64,000 nucleotides of DNA from Eledone cirrhosa (lineage: Eukaryota): the NCBI GenBank assembly GCA_964016885.1, contig OZ024741.1, positions 91,636,001-91,700,000 on the forward strand, written 5' to 3'. The translations under genes and the position numbers were made by a program. Below, piece by piece: positions 29,196 to 41,542 of this stretch (position 1 is the first letter of the stretch; each line of letters begins with the position of its first letter). The notes beneath the pieces were generated by a model, which was not told the DNA's origin, did no database searches, and saw nothing but the letters and a program-made list of their open reading frames with translations.

Positions 29196-29359
29196 GGGAG
29201 TGATAGTGGTTTGATGACGGTGGTGGAGAAGCAGAGGGGGTGGTGGGAAGCTGCTGGTGCAACAATCTGTGCTACTTACCTAACAAGCTACTGAAATCGG
29301 ACTGAACTGAAATCGAATCATAAACCACTTACAACTCAACCCCTTACCGTACCGTAAGA

Positions 29360-29417
<58 letters not shown>

Positions 29418-29796
29418 CAGAAACTGACATACAGACAGACAGACAGACAGACATGAGACTGACAGAATCCAAGGGAGTGGAAGCAAGAAAGATAGAGATA
29501 GATAGATACATAGAGAGGGGGAGAGAGAGAAACAGACAGGGAGAGAACATCATCATCAACAACAACATCAATATCAACAACAGTAACAATATCATGAACT
29601 AGCAGCAGAAACGAAGACAGAAAGAAAAAGCAAAAGCAAATAAATATATCAATTTATAAATAAATGAATAAATAGATATAATATTTTAAAGAAAACTTTT
29701 TAAATAAATCAAAGAAGGAAGCACGAAAAATAACAATAAAACGAACAAACAAACAAAGAAGCACAAAAAAGGAAACGAGGAAACGAAAACCAGGAC

Positions 29797-29837
<41 letters not shown>

Positions 29838-29881
29838 CGTATATATATATATATATATGTATATATATGTATATATATATA

Positions 29882-30015
<134 letters not shown>

Positions 30016-30033
30016 TATATATATATATATATT

Positions 30034-30127
<94 letters not shown>

Positions 30128-30616
30128 TAAAGAAAATTGATTAAGGCGAACAAGACATTTTATGTGGAAGTAAATGCACTAAAAATAGACCAGAACAACA
30201 ACAACACACACATTCACACATACACATAGAATCATAGAGTCGCACACAAACAGTCAAATATACACATACAGATACACACAGACACAGTCACAATCTCACA
30301 CACACAGAATTACGAAGGCACAGTGAAATATAACCATGCAAACAGAAACATGCATACCCATATATACACAAAGACGCTTCTTGCGTACACATATAGACAC
30401 ACCTGTTTGAATGTATTTATAAATGTACCTAAATTTGGTTCGTCATCTTACCAAAACAGAAAGTTGGTAGCGTTAGTGTTGTAGCAGCAGCAGCAGCAGC
30501 TGTAGCAGCAGTAGCAGTAGCAGTAGCAGTAGCTGCACAGGATGCCGTCTTGCCTTTCCATGCCACACACAATACTAAGATAGAGTGCAGTGCTATGTTG
30601 GTGCACTGAATTGCAT

Positions 30617-30692
<76 letters not shown>

Positions 30693-31104
30693 AAATACAC
30701 ACATATATGTGTGTATAAATATATACACAGAGAGAAGTAGATGAATATATAGATAAATGGATACACAAGTAAATGGGTTGATATGTAGGTAAATAGACGA
30801 AAAGATATATAGATAGATAGATAGATAGATAGATATGTTTCTTTTATTTGCCACCAGGGCATCAAAAGTGGGACAAGTACAATGGGTGGGAGTTTACAAA
30901 ACAAGGCGTCCTCAATAAGGAGGAGGCAATAACAAAATATAAAAATAAAATAAAATATAACAAAAAATAAAATTTATAACAAAATCCTCAATAGAGAGGA
31001 GGCGCCTTGGGGGGTCGCACACACCCCCGAAAAAAGTGTGCAACCCTTCTCCTCAGGAGCACAGAGAGGGGGTGTTCCCTCGTTCCTTCCTCTTTCTTTT
31101 CCAC

Positions 31105-34100
31105 CTACAGGCTTATGTAAAGAGAAGGCCCATTCACACGGGCCATTCTCGCCACTTTCACCCACCTTTCATAAAAACGACTGGGGTGGAGCACCTCTCT
31201 CTCCATCCTGATCCTTCTTCCGAAATGATATCGGAAGAAACGGACCAGTTGTTGGCCAGAGAGAAAGGTGCCTGACCTCAGTCCTTTCAGACGCGTCCAC
31301 CATACAACTTCTTTCACCATGGCTATTACGCACAGAAACACCGCCTCTCCTTCATCTTTGAAGGGGGGAGGCGGCTTGATCATTACAATAGACTCGGTGG
31401 TCAACCGGATCGGTCCTACCCTTGACAGCAGTTGTTCGACATAGCCCCACAGATCGGCTACGCCCGAGCAGTGTACCAATGCGTGTGCAACGGTTTCCTC
31501 GTTGCACACGCATCTGGGACAGATCTTTTTGGCGGGGTCCCTACCCGGGCGCCCGTGTCTGTAGAGCTTTTCTCGAACGGCTAGAGCCCCTCGGTAGCAC
31601 TGCCAGGCCAGGGACTTCTGGAAGTTGTCCAAAGGTCCCGCGCTGAATGTCCTACCGAACAGGCTGGCCAGTTCGTCTTCCTCCATGTCTAGGGCTTCTC
31701 CCAGGGCGTCGTCGCACCTGCTGCGGATCAACCCTCTATAGAATGACGAAGTGGAGTCTCCACTGATCGCCGGGTCCGCCTGCCAGAGGGCTGTGAGCGC
31801 CTGAGCACATTCGATGTGCCAGTCGCCCAATTTCCTCGGTCTTTGCTTGACCCAGGACTGCAGCTCGGTCAGCGAGACGAGTCGTGGGAAAGCTCGCCTC
31901 ACGAACGGGGCCCACACCGGTTGTCCGATGAGGAATACGTAGAGATGCCGCAGCCTGAGCGCGTGTTTGCGCATCGTCAACCACGGCATCTCCAGCCCTC
32001 CGTTAGAAGAGTGTTGGCAGCAGATGGATCTTCTCACCAAAGGAGCCCGCCTCTTCCAAAGGAATCGGAAGAGCGCGCGTTCCATTTTGGCAAGCGTTTT
32101 GGCTGGACAAGGCACGACGGTCAAGCGGTAGTAGATGGCGGACGCTATAAAAGTGTTCGCCACCTCCGCTCGACCTTTCAAGGATAGTTTGCACTCGGCC
32201 CACTTCTGGGTGAGTGCAAACACCTTGGCCGTCACTTCGTTCCAGTTCTTCTCCACCTGGAGGTCCGGACCAAACCAGACTCTGAGCAGCTTTACCGGTC
32301 CTTCCGTCCAGCGTCCGACGACGCCATCGGAAGGCATCGGAAAGCATCGGTTTGCCTCTCCACGATCTGAGTTGCAAACCGATGGACTTGTCCCGGTTCA
32401 GCTTCGCTCCTGTGAAACTTTCGTATTCCTTCAGTAAGGTGCCGACTTCCTCGATTTGCGAGGCGCTCGACAGCACTACTGCCACGTCGTCGGCGTAGGC
32501 CGACGCCGCTTTCCGCAGTCCCGGTTCCAGAGGGATGCCCTGCAATAGCTCCAACTTCTGCAGTAGTGGCTCGAGAGTCAGTACGTACAGAAGGGAGGAG
32601 AGAGGGCATCCCTGTCGAATGGATCGCGTAATATGGAACGGCTCCGAGAGGTAGCCGTTCACCTTGACCCTTGAGCAGATGTTGCTGTTGTGCATTGCAG
32701 CAATCCCGCCCCTTAACACGGGTCCGAAGCCTGCCGCCTCGAGCACCGCATCCAGGTAACGATGGTCAACCCTATCGAAAGCCTTAGACTGTACCAAGTT
32801 GATCAGGGCCCCACTGAAGCCGGGTTTGCACCCAACCCTCTCTATGATGTATCGCACGAGGTGGAGGTTGTCGTGTATGGACCTGGTCGGGATTGCGCAT
32901 GTCTGCGCTTCTCACACCAGGTTCTCGACGACAAGCGCCAGCCTCTTTGCCAACACGTTGGCCAAAATCTGTAACTCTGTGTTTAGCAGAGTTATGGGCC
33001 GGAAGTTGCCTATGTCATCCCCCTTATTCTCGTCCTTCCTGATTAGTGTGACCACGCCCCCGGTTACAGAACTGGGAATTCTCCCGTTCTGTTGCCAGTT
33101 GCAGTAGACCGCTTCCAGGAGACCGGAGAATAAGTCCGGCATTGCTACGTAAAATTCGTAGGGTAGACCGTCGAGACCTGGAGATTTACGTTTGCCGCAT
33201 TGGCTCAGCGCGTACCCTATCTCAGCGGCTGAAATCGGCTTTTCGCAGAACTTTGCCACGCTGTCCGAGAGTCGCGGTAGGCCGTCGAGGTATGGACCGA
33301 AATCCATAGCCCCTCCCGGCGCGCCGCCCCTCCCGAACAGTTGAGCAAAGTGCCGCTGAAAGGCCGCACACATCCGCTTCGGCTCACGTATCACGCGTCC
33401 GTGTTGGTCCTTCAAAGACCGAATCGTGGACTTGTTGCCACTTTTTGCCTCCGTCACTCGGGCCCAGCTAACAGCTTTGGCTCCCTCGTTTCCCAGAGCA
33501 CGTATTTTGCTTCTGACAACGTAGCCCTCGTGCTTTGCGTCAAAGAACTGGTCCAAGGCCGTTCTCGTTGCTAGCATGCTGGCTACGTTGCCACTTCTAA
33601 TTGCCTCTTCTACTTTATCTACCAGTTCCTTCTCGGTTCTATTCCTATCTAACGCTAATTCTTTACTAAAAACTATCGAGTCTAATCTAACTGCCCTCTT
33701 GAGAGAGTACCACCATCTGTTGTTGACAATGGCCCCTGTCAAGTGCTGTTTAACTAAAGAGCTAATCCGTCTACTGTAGCCTTTGCTTGTCGGTAACGAC
33801 AAGTTCAGCTTCCAGTAGCCGGGTCCTTGTCTATGGGTTCTATCAAGGTTGGCCATGCAGGTCACTAGTTTGTGATCTGAATAGGCAACCATGAACATTT
33901 GTGGACAGCTTAACATGTCCCTATCCTTATTTCTAACTAGAACCCTATCTAGGGATGATCTAGATGTTCCGCTACGATTAGTCCACGTCCACAGTGGCGC
34001 AGTCGGAAAATCTAGTCGATATCTATCGGCCAGGTCAAATCGGTCGATTAACTGTTTGAGGCTGTTACAACCCCCTTTATCGGGACATGCTCCCACATAG

Positions 34101-34552
34101 TCCCAACGTGCATCTAGGATTCCATTCCAGTCCCCCACTAAAAGCAAGGAGCGGGACGTTCCCAGAAAAGTCTCTAGACGTTTGAAGAAGTCTGGCCGCG
34201 GTGTCCCGGATGGGGCATATGCGGCCACCAGCCTGAAGGCTCCACCTTCACTACCGTCAACGTCTAGGACCATCAGTCGACCCTCAGGGTCCAGATGTAC
34301 CGTCTGTGTTACGAGGCCCAGGTGTTTCCGCAGCAAAACGGCAACTCCGCCCCCACCCTCCGGTTGACAGAGAGATGCGTAGATCTCAAAGTCATCGAAG
34401 ATGGGGGCCAGCTGTCGCTCGCTGTGGATCCTGGACTCGCAAATGGCTACCACATCCATACTGTGCGACCTGAGGTCGTTTAAGAGTTTGGCCTGTTTCC
34501 AGGGCATCCCCAGGCCGCGTACGTTCACACATTCAACTCTTATATTGGCCAT
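31105..34552 (-). pseudogene. Tx1-like ORF2 (AP endonuclease, reverse transcriptase, C-terminal zinc finger), two frameshifts
   Basis: ORFs 32912-34552, 32003-32857 and 31105-32337: NVRGL, AAYAP, VGDWN, SDHK; SPGLDGLP, NFRPITLLN, KAFDRVDH, RQGCPLS, YADD; CPRC..ETVAHALVHC. Confidence 0.93.
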
Positions 34553-34585
34553 GTTGGTGCTGAAAAGTTAAAAGAGGAAAAGAGA

Positions 34586-36515
34586 TCACTCACCCTTCGT
34601 CTTCTGGGGACCAGGCTGCATGATTTCCATGGGGGTGTTGGAGGGGTTGTCTGGATGGGTGGTGGTTTCCGGCGGGGTGGGGACGGAGATGTTTGGTGGG
34701 GTGGGGTCTGGTGGGATGGGGGTATCTGGGGTGGGGAGAAATTTGAGAAGGACGCGGTTAAGTGGTTTCACGCAGGAATTCCCCACACCCTTCTCAGATG
34801 TTTCTTTTAGGGACCTATAAGTTTGTATATAGACCCTAATCAGTTTTAGGTTCAGTTTTTTGTTATTTTTAATAGAGTGGGCGAAAGTTTTCCCTTCGGT
34901 TTTCACCGAAGGGTCGTTCGTGATGGTCTCCATTAGTGTTTTGTTTTCAGTGTTTATGTAAGTGTAAGTGTAATTTTCTTGTGTTGTGTTTGTTTTTGTC
35001 TGCAGTTCTTGTGTGTGCTTTCGTTTTGTTGTAAGTATTTTGTTTTCAGGAGGTGGGGGTTTTGTTTGTGATGTTTTTGTTGTTTGTGTTGGTGGTTGTA
35101 TGTTTGTGGTAGTGTTTGCTGGTTTTTTGCTTTTGTGATGTCTTTTCTTTCTTTTCGAGCGATGGGGTTCTCCCTCGTCTTCACTGGGTGATGGCGAGAT
35201 AGCCTCATCTGTTGTATCGTCTGTGTGATTGGGGAGGGGTATGTCTTGGGGAGCTGTTGTGTCTGTATGTGATTTTGCAGTGGTTTTAGGTGGAGTGGGT
35301 TTGGGTGGGACTGTGTTTGTTGTGGTTATTTTTGTGTGTTGGTGTTGTTGTTGTTGTGGTGGTGTTGGTGGTTGTGTTGTTTTGATGGGTGTCGGCAGAA
35401 GAGCCTTTTTTTATTCATTAATTTAGGACAGGAAGCCCTCAGGTGACCCCTGCTAAAGCAATGGTAACATGAAGGCCGCCTACCCTCAACAGAAAAGTTT
35501 ATGTAGGTGAGTCCGTCCAGGAGTACACGTTGTGGGATCATAGCTATTCGCTCTGGGCTCATTTGCACCAGAACTTCAATGCTAGTCCCATTGAATACAT
35601 CTCTGGGGGACTTTCCTACTGACAGTATTCTGTCTTCATCAAAATTGATGAAGCCGCACAGTATCCACCATATGTTCACCTTTGGTGTGACACTCGTGAT
35701 TTTGATCTTTTGTGTCCTTTTTCCCATGTATGTAGGGAAAAAGGTGTACAGGTTGGATACAATTGGCGACACAGCGTAATTTTGGGCCGTCAATTGATCC
35801 TTCATGAGTACCGAAATACTCTCAAAAAGTTTGCTTCTTTGAATGAATGCAATATCATTCATTGAATTTTTGAAAACCAGTTCAATTTCTTTCTGTGACA
35901 ATTGGACTGGTTTTCGGGTAGAATTGGAAACTGTCCTAAAAACTATCGTTTTGAGAGCAGTTTCCTTGCGAATTTCTATCGGAGAATTGATGCTGAAAGC
36001 ACCATTTTTTTCAAAAGTGACATATCTCCTAGCGTCCTTTAAAAGTTGTTCAGCATTTGTTATGTCGAGATATGTCAGTTCCTCGCTTTTCTGAATTGTC
36101 TGTGCAAAGGAGATTTTTGGTTTCTTTGTGGAATTATCCGTGTTGGTGGTGTTGTCATTATTGTTGTTATTGCTGTTGTTATTCTTGTTGTCACCGATGT
36201 TGATATTATTCGTATTTTCCCTGGTGTTGGTGTTGGTGTTGTTGTTGTCCTTGATGCTGGTGTTATTGGTGTTGTCTTTATTTTTTCTTTGTTGTTGTTA
36301 TCATTGTTGCTTTTATCATCATTATTGGTGTTGCTGTTATTTTTGTTGTCATTGAACTGCTTGGTGTCATTTGTGTTGTTTGGATATGAATTCGTTTTTA
36401 CATTTTCATTTCGTCTTTCCATCTCTATAGTATCTAGGGAAGAAGACGTTGTTGACTGCGAGCTTTGTAGTCTTACCGCCTCTCCACCACCATTATCGTT
36501 GGACGCAGCGTTCAT
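34586..36515 (-). pseudogene. Tx1-like ORF1 (gag-like, CCHC zinc knuckle, Thr/Asn/Pro-rich tracts), disrupted
   Basis: VEGRRPSCYHCFSRGHLRASCP in ORF 35326-35901, with flanking low-complexity ORF pieces directly upstream of ORF2. Confidence 0.8.
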
Positions 36516-36743
36516 AACGTAATCAAACTTTTACAATATTTTTTCCAAAATTCGATGGAGAAAAAATTTTTCAAACGAATATTTCGCCACTGTAGGGGAG
36601 AAAATGAGTTGACCCACCACCTGAAGGTCCAGACGGGTGGTCAAGTTACACAATAATATAAAATTTAACTGAAAACTCACTTTTTTTTTTACATAAATTA
36701 ACGGAAACTTCTCCGCGAAGTTACACACGTCTGATAGAGGGAG

Positions 36744-36847
<104 letters not shown>

Positions 36848-36868
36848 GGGTAGATAGATAGATAGATA

Positions 36869-36997
36869 ATTGTTTCTACTTTTGGCACAAGGCCAGCAAT
36901 TACCCAGTGCATTACTGGTACTTTATTTTATCGACCCCGTAAGGATAAAAGGCAAAGTGAACCTCGGCGGGATTTGAACTCGTAACTATGCTGGAAA
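36869..36997 (-). mobile_element. SINE fragment (short-tail subfamily) inside (GATA)n
   Basis: ttgtttctacttttggcacaaggccagcaattacccagtgcattactggtac...gatttgaactc. Confidence 0.8.
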
Positions 36998-37008
36998 GAT
37001 AGATAGAT

Positions 37009-37408
37009 AATGGCGGCGTCTCTGTTTCGAGAATTGCCATCCCTTGACTTATTTCTCATACATGAGTGGCATGAACATGACCTTTTAGCCCCCAAGGATT
37101 TAGAATCCTCTCTGTATATGCTGCAGCGAAAGAAAAAGGCCATGCTCATACAACAAATGTGAGAGTTCCTTAGATCAAACGATGCCAGTGCTTAATTGAG
37201 AAAAGGCTTTGCACTGGCCCAATCCTATTCTCTGAATAACGTATCCAAAAAGAAGGACAAGCCAACTTCATTAGCTGCCATCGAGTCGCAAGTTTTACGT
37301 CTCATATTAGAATGATCTCCTAACAGAACTATGGGTCTCTCATTCCCGTGGTGTGGGGGGCTAAGCACGCGCTCGGGCATCAAACCAAACATGTTCATGT
37401 CCCCGCGC
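37009..37408 (-). mobile_element. 3' fragment of an RTE-like LINE bounded by (GATA)n
   Basis: Minus strand has a decayed zinc-finger-like tail (FRCSI.., RIGP) and ends ggcaattctcgaaacagagacgccgcc-attatctatc, similar in style to the 37461 end. Family assignment is inference. Confidence 0.5.
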
Positions 37409-37460
37409 ATAGATAGAGAGGTAGGTAGGTAGATAGATAGATATATAGATAGATAGATAG

Positions 37461-39788
37461 ACGGTTGTCTCCTCGATTTTGACTTTGACGATCTTCTTAC
37501 TTATATGGTAACTATGCACCATTGGCACCATTACTATAGTAGCTTTTTAAACCAGCAAGTAATTTATATGGCATGTTACATATAGGATATGTCTTTTTGT
37601 CCTTCCTTAGCAACCAAGAAAACAGCAACATGTTCACCTAAATGCATTTCATTGACATGGCGCTTTATGCCTGATTTTAACCTGAATCCTTTTCCACATA
37701 CATGGCAAGTTATGGTTGTTACATTAACCTACATAGCTCTGTATTCCACTCGGTCCTCCATGACTCTTTAAATGTTCTCTGTACAGAAAAATCCGACCAT
37801 AAAATGGACACGTCAGCTCTAACTTGGACATCAAGTAGCTCAACGTCACACATTTTCTGTGCTGACTTTTTCACCTCCTCATAGAGATTGTTCCTCCATA
37901 AAACCCTATCACAAGTAGCTTTTTCCAAGTTGCTCAGTGCAACCCCCGCCCCCCCCACACACACACCAATCATTTCAAATTGTTTTTATGTTGTTGCAAA
38001 ATCGCCCATTTGACTTACATGCAAGTCACTTTCCTAGATTTAGCTCTCCATACAATTGTTTTGGCATTCTCTCACTCGCTAGCCTACTCAATCCAATACA
38101 AGTTACTTTTTATCAACTAGAATTCTGTTTTAATGTTCTTATCACATTGAAGCAGAGTTGTATCAGGTGTAAAGCTTATCAGTCTAAGACAATTCTGATG
38201 AAACTTCCTTTTTAAAGTCTTTATGTATTTTCTGTAGATGGTTTGTGTTTCGATGGCATACAAAAATGCAGTGAAATACAAGCATGGTAGCTATTTTTTT
38301 CTTATTATTATTGCATGTCATCCTGGGACCACATTCTCTCTTGTAACCTACTAAACGCTGAGCACGCTTTCCTAATACGCACATTTACCGCTTCATCTTG
38401 TAATCCATCTCTCGAAATTGTACTTCTTTTATTGACAGCAGCCAGACGAACCCCATTACCCGGTGCTGGAGTAAACAGAACTTTTGCTCAAGCTATTTGT
38501 TAAGCTAAAAGCCATGCCTGCTCCACAACGATCCATTAAAATCTACATATCTGCTTCCGAATGTGCCACAAGCTCACAGATATTAATGTAGAGGAGATCA
38601 CGAACCATTGATACAAAAATTCTTTTCTTGGCAGAAAGAAACGGCACAAATTAGATAGCTTTCTAGTAGTCCTATATCTAACACAAACTCCAACATTACA
38701 ATTCCTCAATGACTTGACAAGAAAGACTGAAAAAAGTACGTCTTCCTGCTTCACACCTTTATCTGCGTTTATTGGGTGAGAAAGGAAACAATTGACATTA
38801 ATCCTTGATTTCAAATTATCATGAAGCTGCTTGAACTTCTCAAGTAGATGGCAACATAATTTTCCAGGGAAAACCCATAGTGCGTCCCGATTCACAGTAT
38901 TAAATGCCTTAGTTAAGTCTATGAACTCCTGAATTCTACGTTGCCCAAGAAATTTCTCTTGGATTTTATGAGCTATCAACCGTCTCCCTCCCAGCATGAA
39001 ACCCACACTGAGATTCCGGTGTAATACGTGGGCATATGTGTTTCATTAGCCTATTTAGAATAATCCTAGTAAAAGCATTGCTATAGTGGCCTAACAAGAA
39101 GTATTCCGGAAGTGGTCACAGATATCTGTTTTTACTGGAATTTGATGGAATATGAAGATATTTTAAAGAAATGTTTTCTGTGTTTCTCGTGAAACGTTAG
39201 AGATTGATACACAGAAGAGTATGGAGGGGTTCTAAGAAAAGAATGAACAAATTAATGAGCATAAAAACGAGATGTAAGGGATTGATTTTTGAAAGCTGGA
39301 AAGTCATCTCAGATTAGTAGCAGTTTGGCAACTGTTTAACGATTCATGAGGCACATGAGTTATCCTTCTAAAATAGAAAGGACACAATGCTTAAGTACAG
39401 TTTTATTGGAGAAATTTTTGAGCCTCAAATGTCTAATGTAACACTTGTGAAATTTCAAGATGGCAACATTCTTATCAGGGATTCAGTTGGAATAATGAAG
39501 CGTTGGGAGGAACACTATAAGGATTTGTTCCACAACCCAACTGTGGTGGACGCTCCTATAATTCAGAATTTACCGCAATTTGGCATTGCCGAAGAATTGA
39601 ATAATATACAATCTATGGAGGAGTTTTATATTGCATTAAGCCAGTTAAATAAAGATAATGCTCCAGATACAGATGTTATACTACGGACATGCTGGTGTGC
39701 TGTGGAGATCAAGCAGCTACTATGGACATATTTGTTTCGATTTGGAATGGTACTCCAGTGCCACAGGATTGGAAAGATGCAATTATAG
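37461..39788 (-). mobile_element. RTE-clade LINE with inverted 5' segment
   Basis: 39134->37461 (minus): KTDICDHFR, FIDLTKAFNTVNR, GVKQED, and C-terminal C2H2 finger CHVCGKGFRLKSGIKRHVNEMH. 39135->39788 (plus): linker RWEEHYKDLF...QDWKDAII. Confidence 0.85.
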
Positions 39789-40068
39789 ATAAATGGATGG
39801 ATAGATAGATAGATACATAGATAGATGTTGTTTGTCTAACTCCTAATCATCTTGTCAATACTGTTGTGGTAGAGAGAGGTAGGGAAGAGGATTTATATAT
39901 ATATATCAATAATATTAATAAATGGAAACTATCTTTATAAAACCATATTTATTTTATTATATATATTTCAAGGGTACCAGTATTTTGGTACGCTATCGTC
40001 AAATAAACAATAATTGGTTTACAGATAATGACATATCTACATATGAACTTAATGTTATGAGTTCTAAG

Positions 40069-40099
<31 letters not shown>

Positions 40100-40117
40100 C
40101 TATCTATATATATATAT

Positions 40118-40199
<82 letters not shown>

Positions 40200-40913
40200 T
40201 ATGGCGTAGGGGGGTTTGTAGAAAATCGAGTAAAACACCCCACAGACGGAAGAAAGTGACCAGCGGGCGCCACGAAGAACACCTTACCACTCAAATTCCG
40301 GCCGAACGCTCTATAACATTGAGCTAAACGACCTCCGATAAAAACTTCCATCTAAATAGAAAGCTAAAGGAACAGCTTGGTATACACAACATTTCGAAAA
40401 CAAACTATCGTTAACAAGGTTCCTAAAGATACGGTAGTGGGAGTTTCTATGTATATAAACGGCTTCCTCGTTAGATTTCATATTGAGGTAGTGTTTACCA
40501 CAATTTGAAATTCAGAGTAATATTCTCTGTAGATGAATTTGGTGAAGTTGTGATGACTGTGATATTTTGGCCAAGCTAGCGGTGACTGGAATACGTGGCC
40601 CTTCATGCTTGAGTGCTCTGGGGTTGCATGTGCTTCCTGATCGTATTAACGATGAATAAACCGATGAGGTCAAGATCCCGCTAATAGATCGAAGAGTGGG
40701 TCCCCTTCCTTTTATACCCAATATGAGTGGTCGTGAAACAGTTTGACTTACTGGCGTTCAGAATGATCCTGATATTGAGATCAGTGGTGCAAGTGAAGAG
40801 TTTTCCGAAATCTAGAACTTTGAGTGGGAGGTGGCTCGATATATATATATATATGAGATATTTTTCCAATTCCCTCCCGCCCGTCCCCTCAATCTATCTT
40901 ATTTCTAATTCTT

Positions 40914-40949
40914 TCTTCTGATGAAGGACTAGCGTCCGAAACGTTAAGA
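40914..40949 (+). ncRNA. Minimal type I hammerhead ribozyme (Penelope-like-element type)
   Basis: tctt CTGATGA a ggac-tagc-gtcc GAAA cg TT aaga. Stem I tctt/aaga, stem II 4 bp, palindromic ACGT stem III. Lies in a ~185 bp unit between (TA)n tracts. Confidence 0.8.
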
Positions 40950-41033
40950 CCCTATTCCTGCTATATCAAGCGTTAACCCAATATATCACTTCCCAATACT
41001 GTACCGATTGGGTTATTTCTGTTTACCTTTTAC

Positions 41034-41090
<57 letters not shown>

Positions 41091-41091
<1 letters not shown>

Positions 41092-41249
41092 CGAAGGGGG
41101 TGTAGTAAGGAACCAGGTAAACCATAACGCACCAGAGTACTCGATACTTTGGGTAGTAGAGCTGAAGCCGTTTCGACAGCTATTTCTGGACTCCAGAAAT
41201 AGCTGTCGAACCCGCTTGAGCCCTGCTGTCGCGGTTCTGACTCTTTTCC
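41091..41249 (+). mobile_element. ~160 bp palindrome-containing microelement in (TA)n
   Basis: Homologous to the reverse complement of 45451-45605. Contains 19 bp perfect inverted arms at 41172-41210. Confidence 0.7.
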
Positions 41250-41542
41250 TATATATATATATATAGTGCGTGGTGTAGACGTTGTAGTTGCGCGTGGTCC
41301 CTGGTAGTGTTACGTGAGTATTGAGGGGGCAAGCTAGGTGTGAGACGAGGGAGCAATGGGAAGCTGCAAGGAAGAAATATATACATACACAGATACAATT
41401 TAATATCTATATATTAAACTCTGTGTGTGTGGGGGAGGGGGGGGGTGTCGATGAATTTGTAGATTAATGAATTTGGTATTTAAATTTCGATCACGAAATA
41501 TTTTATTCAGTGGATTTATAGTATAAAATGTACAACTCTCCT

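Larger units (their letters stand above)
30837..36732 (-). mobile_element. Full-length Tx1-like (L1 clade) non-LTR retrotransposon, inactivated
   Basis: ORF1 with a CCHC knuckle, ORF2 with APE-RT-zinc finger, and a 3' UTR ending ccctggtggcaaataaaagaaac. (GATA)n lies on both sides (30808-30835; 36742-36868). Confidence 0.92.

Noticed and set aside
28966-29265. Gly-rich or Thr-rich ORFs
   Set aside because: They are a (GGT)n microsatellite.
31422-34483. Plus-strand ORFs antisense to the Tx1 ORF2 (also 60445-63449)
   Set aside because: Shadow ORFs of GC-rich coding sequence with no recognisable motifs.
37630-37710. Host C2H2 zinc-finger gene
   Set aside because: The finger lies at the C-terminus of the RTE coding region, just before its 3' end.
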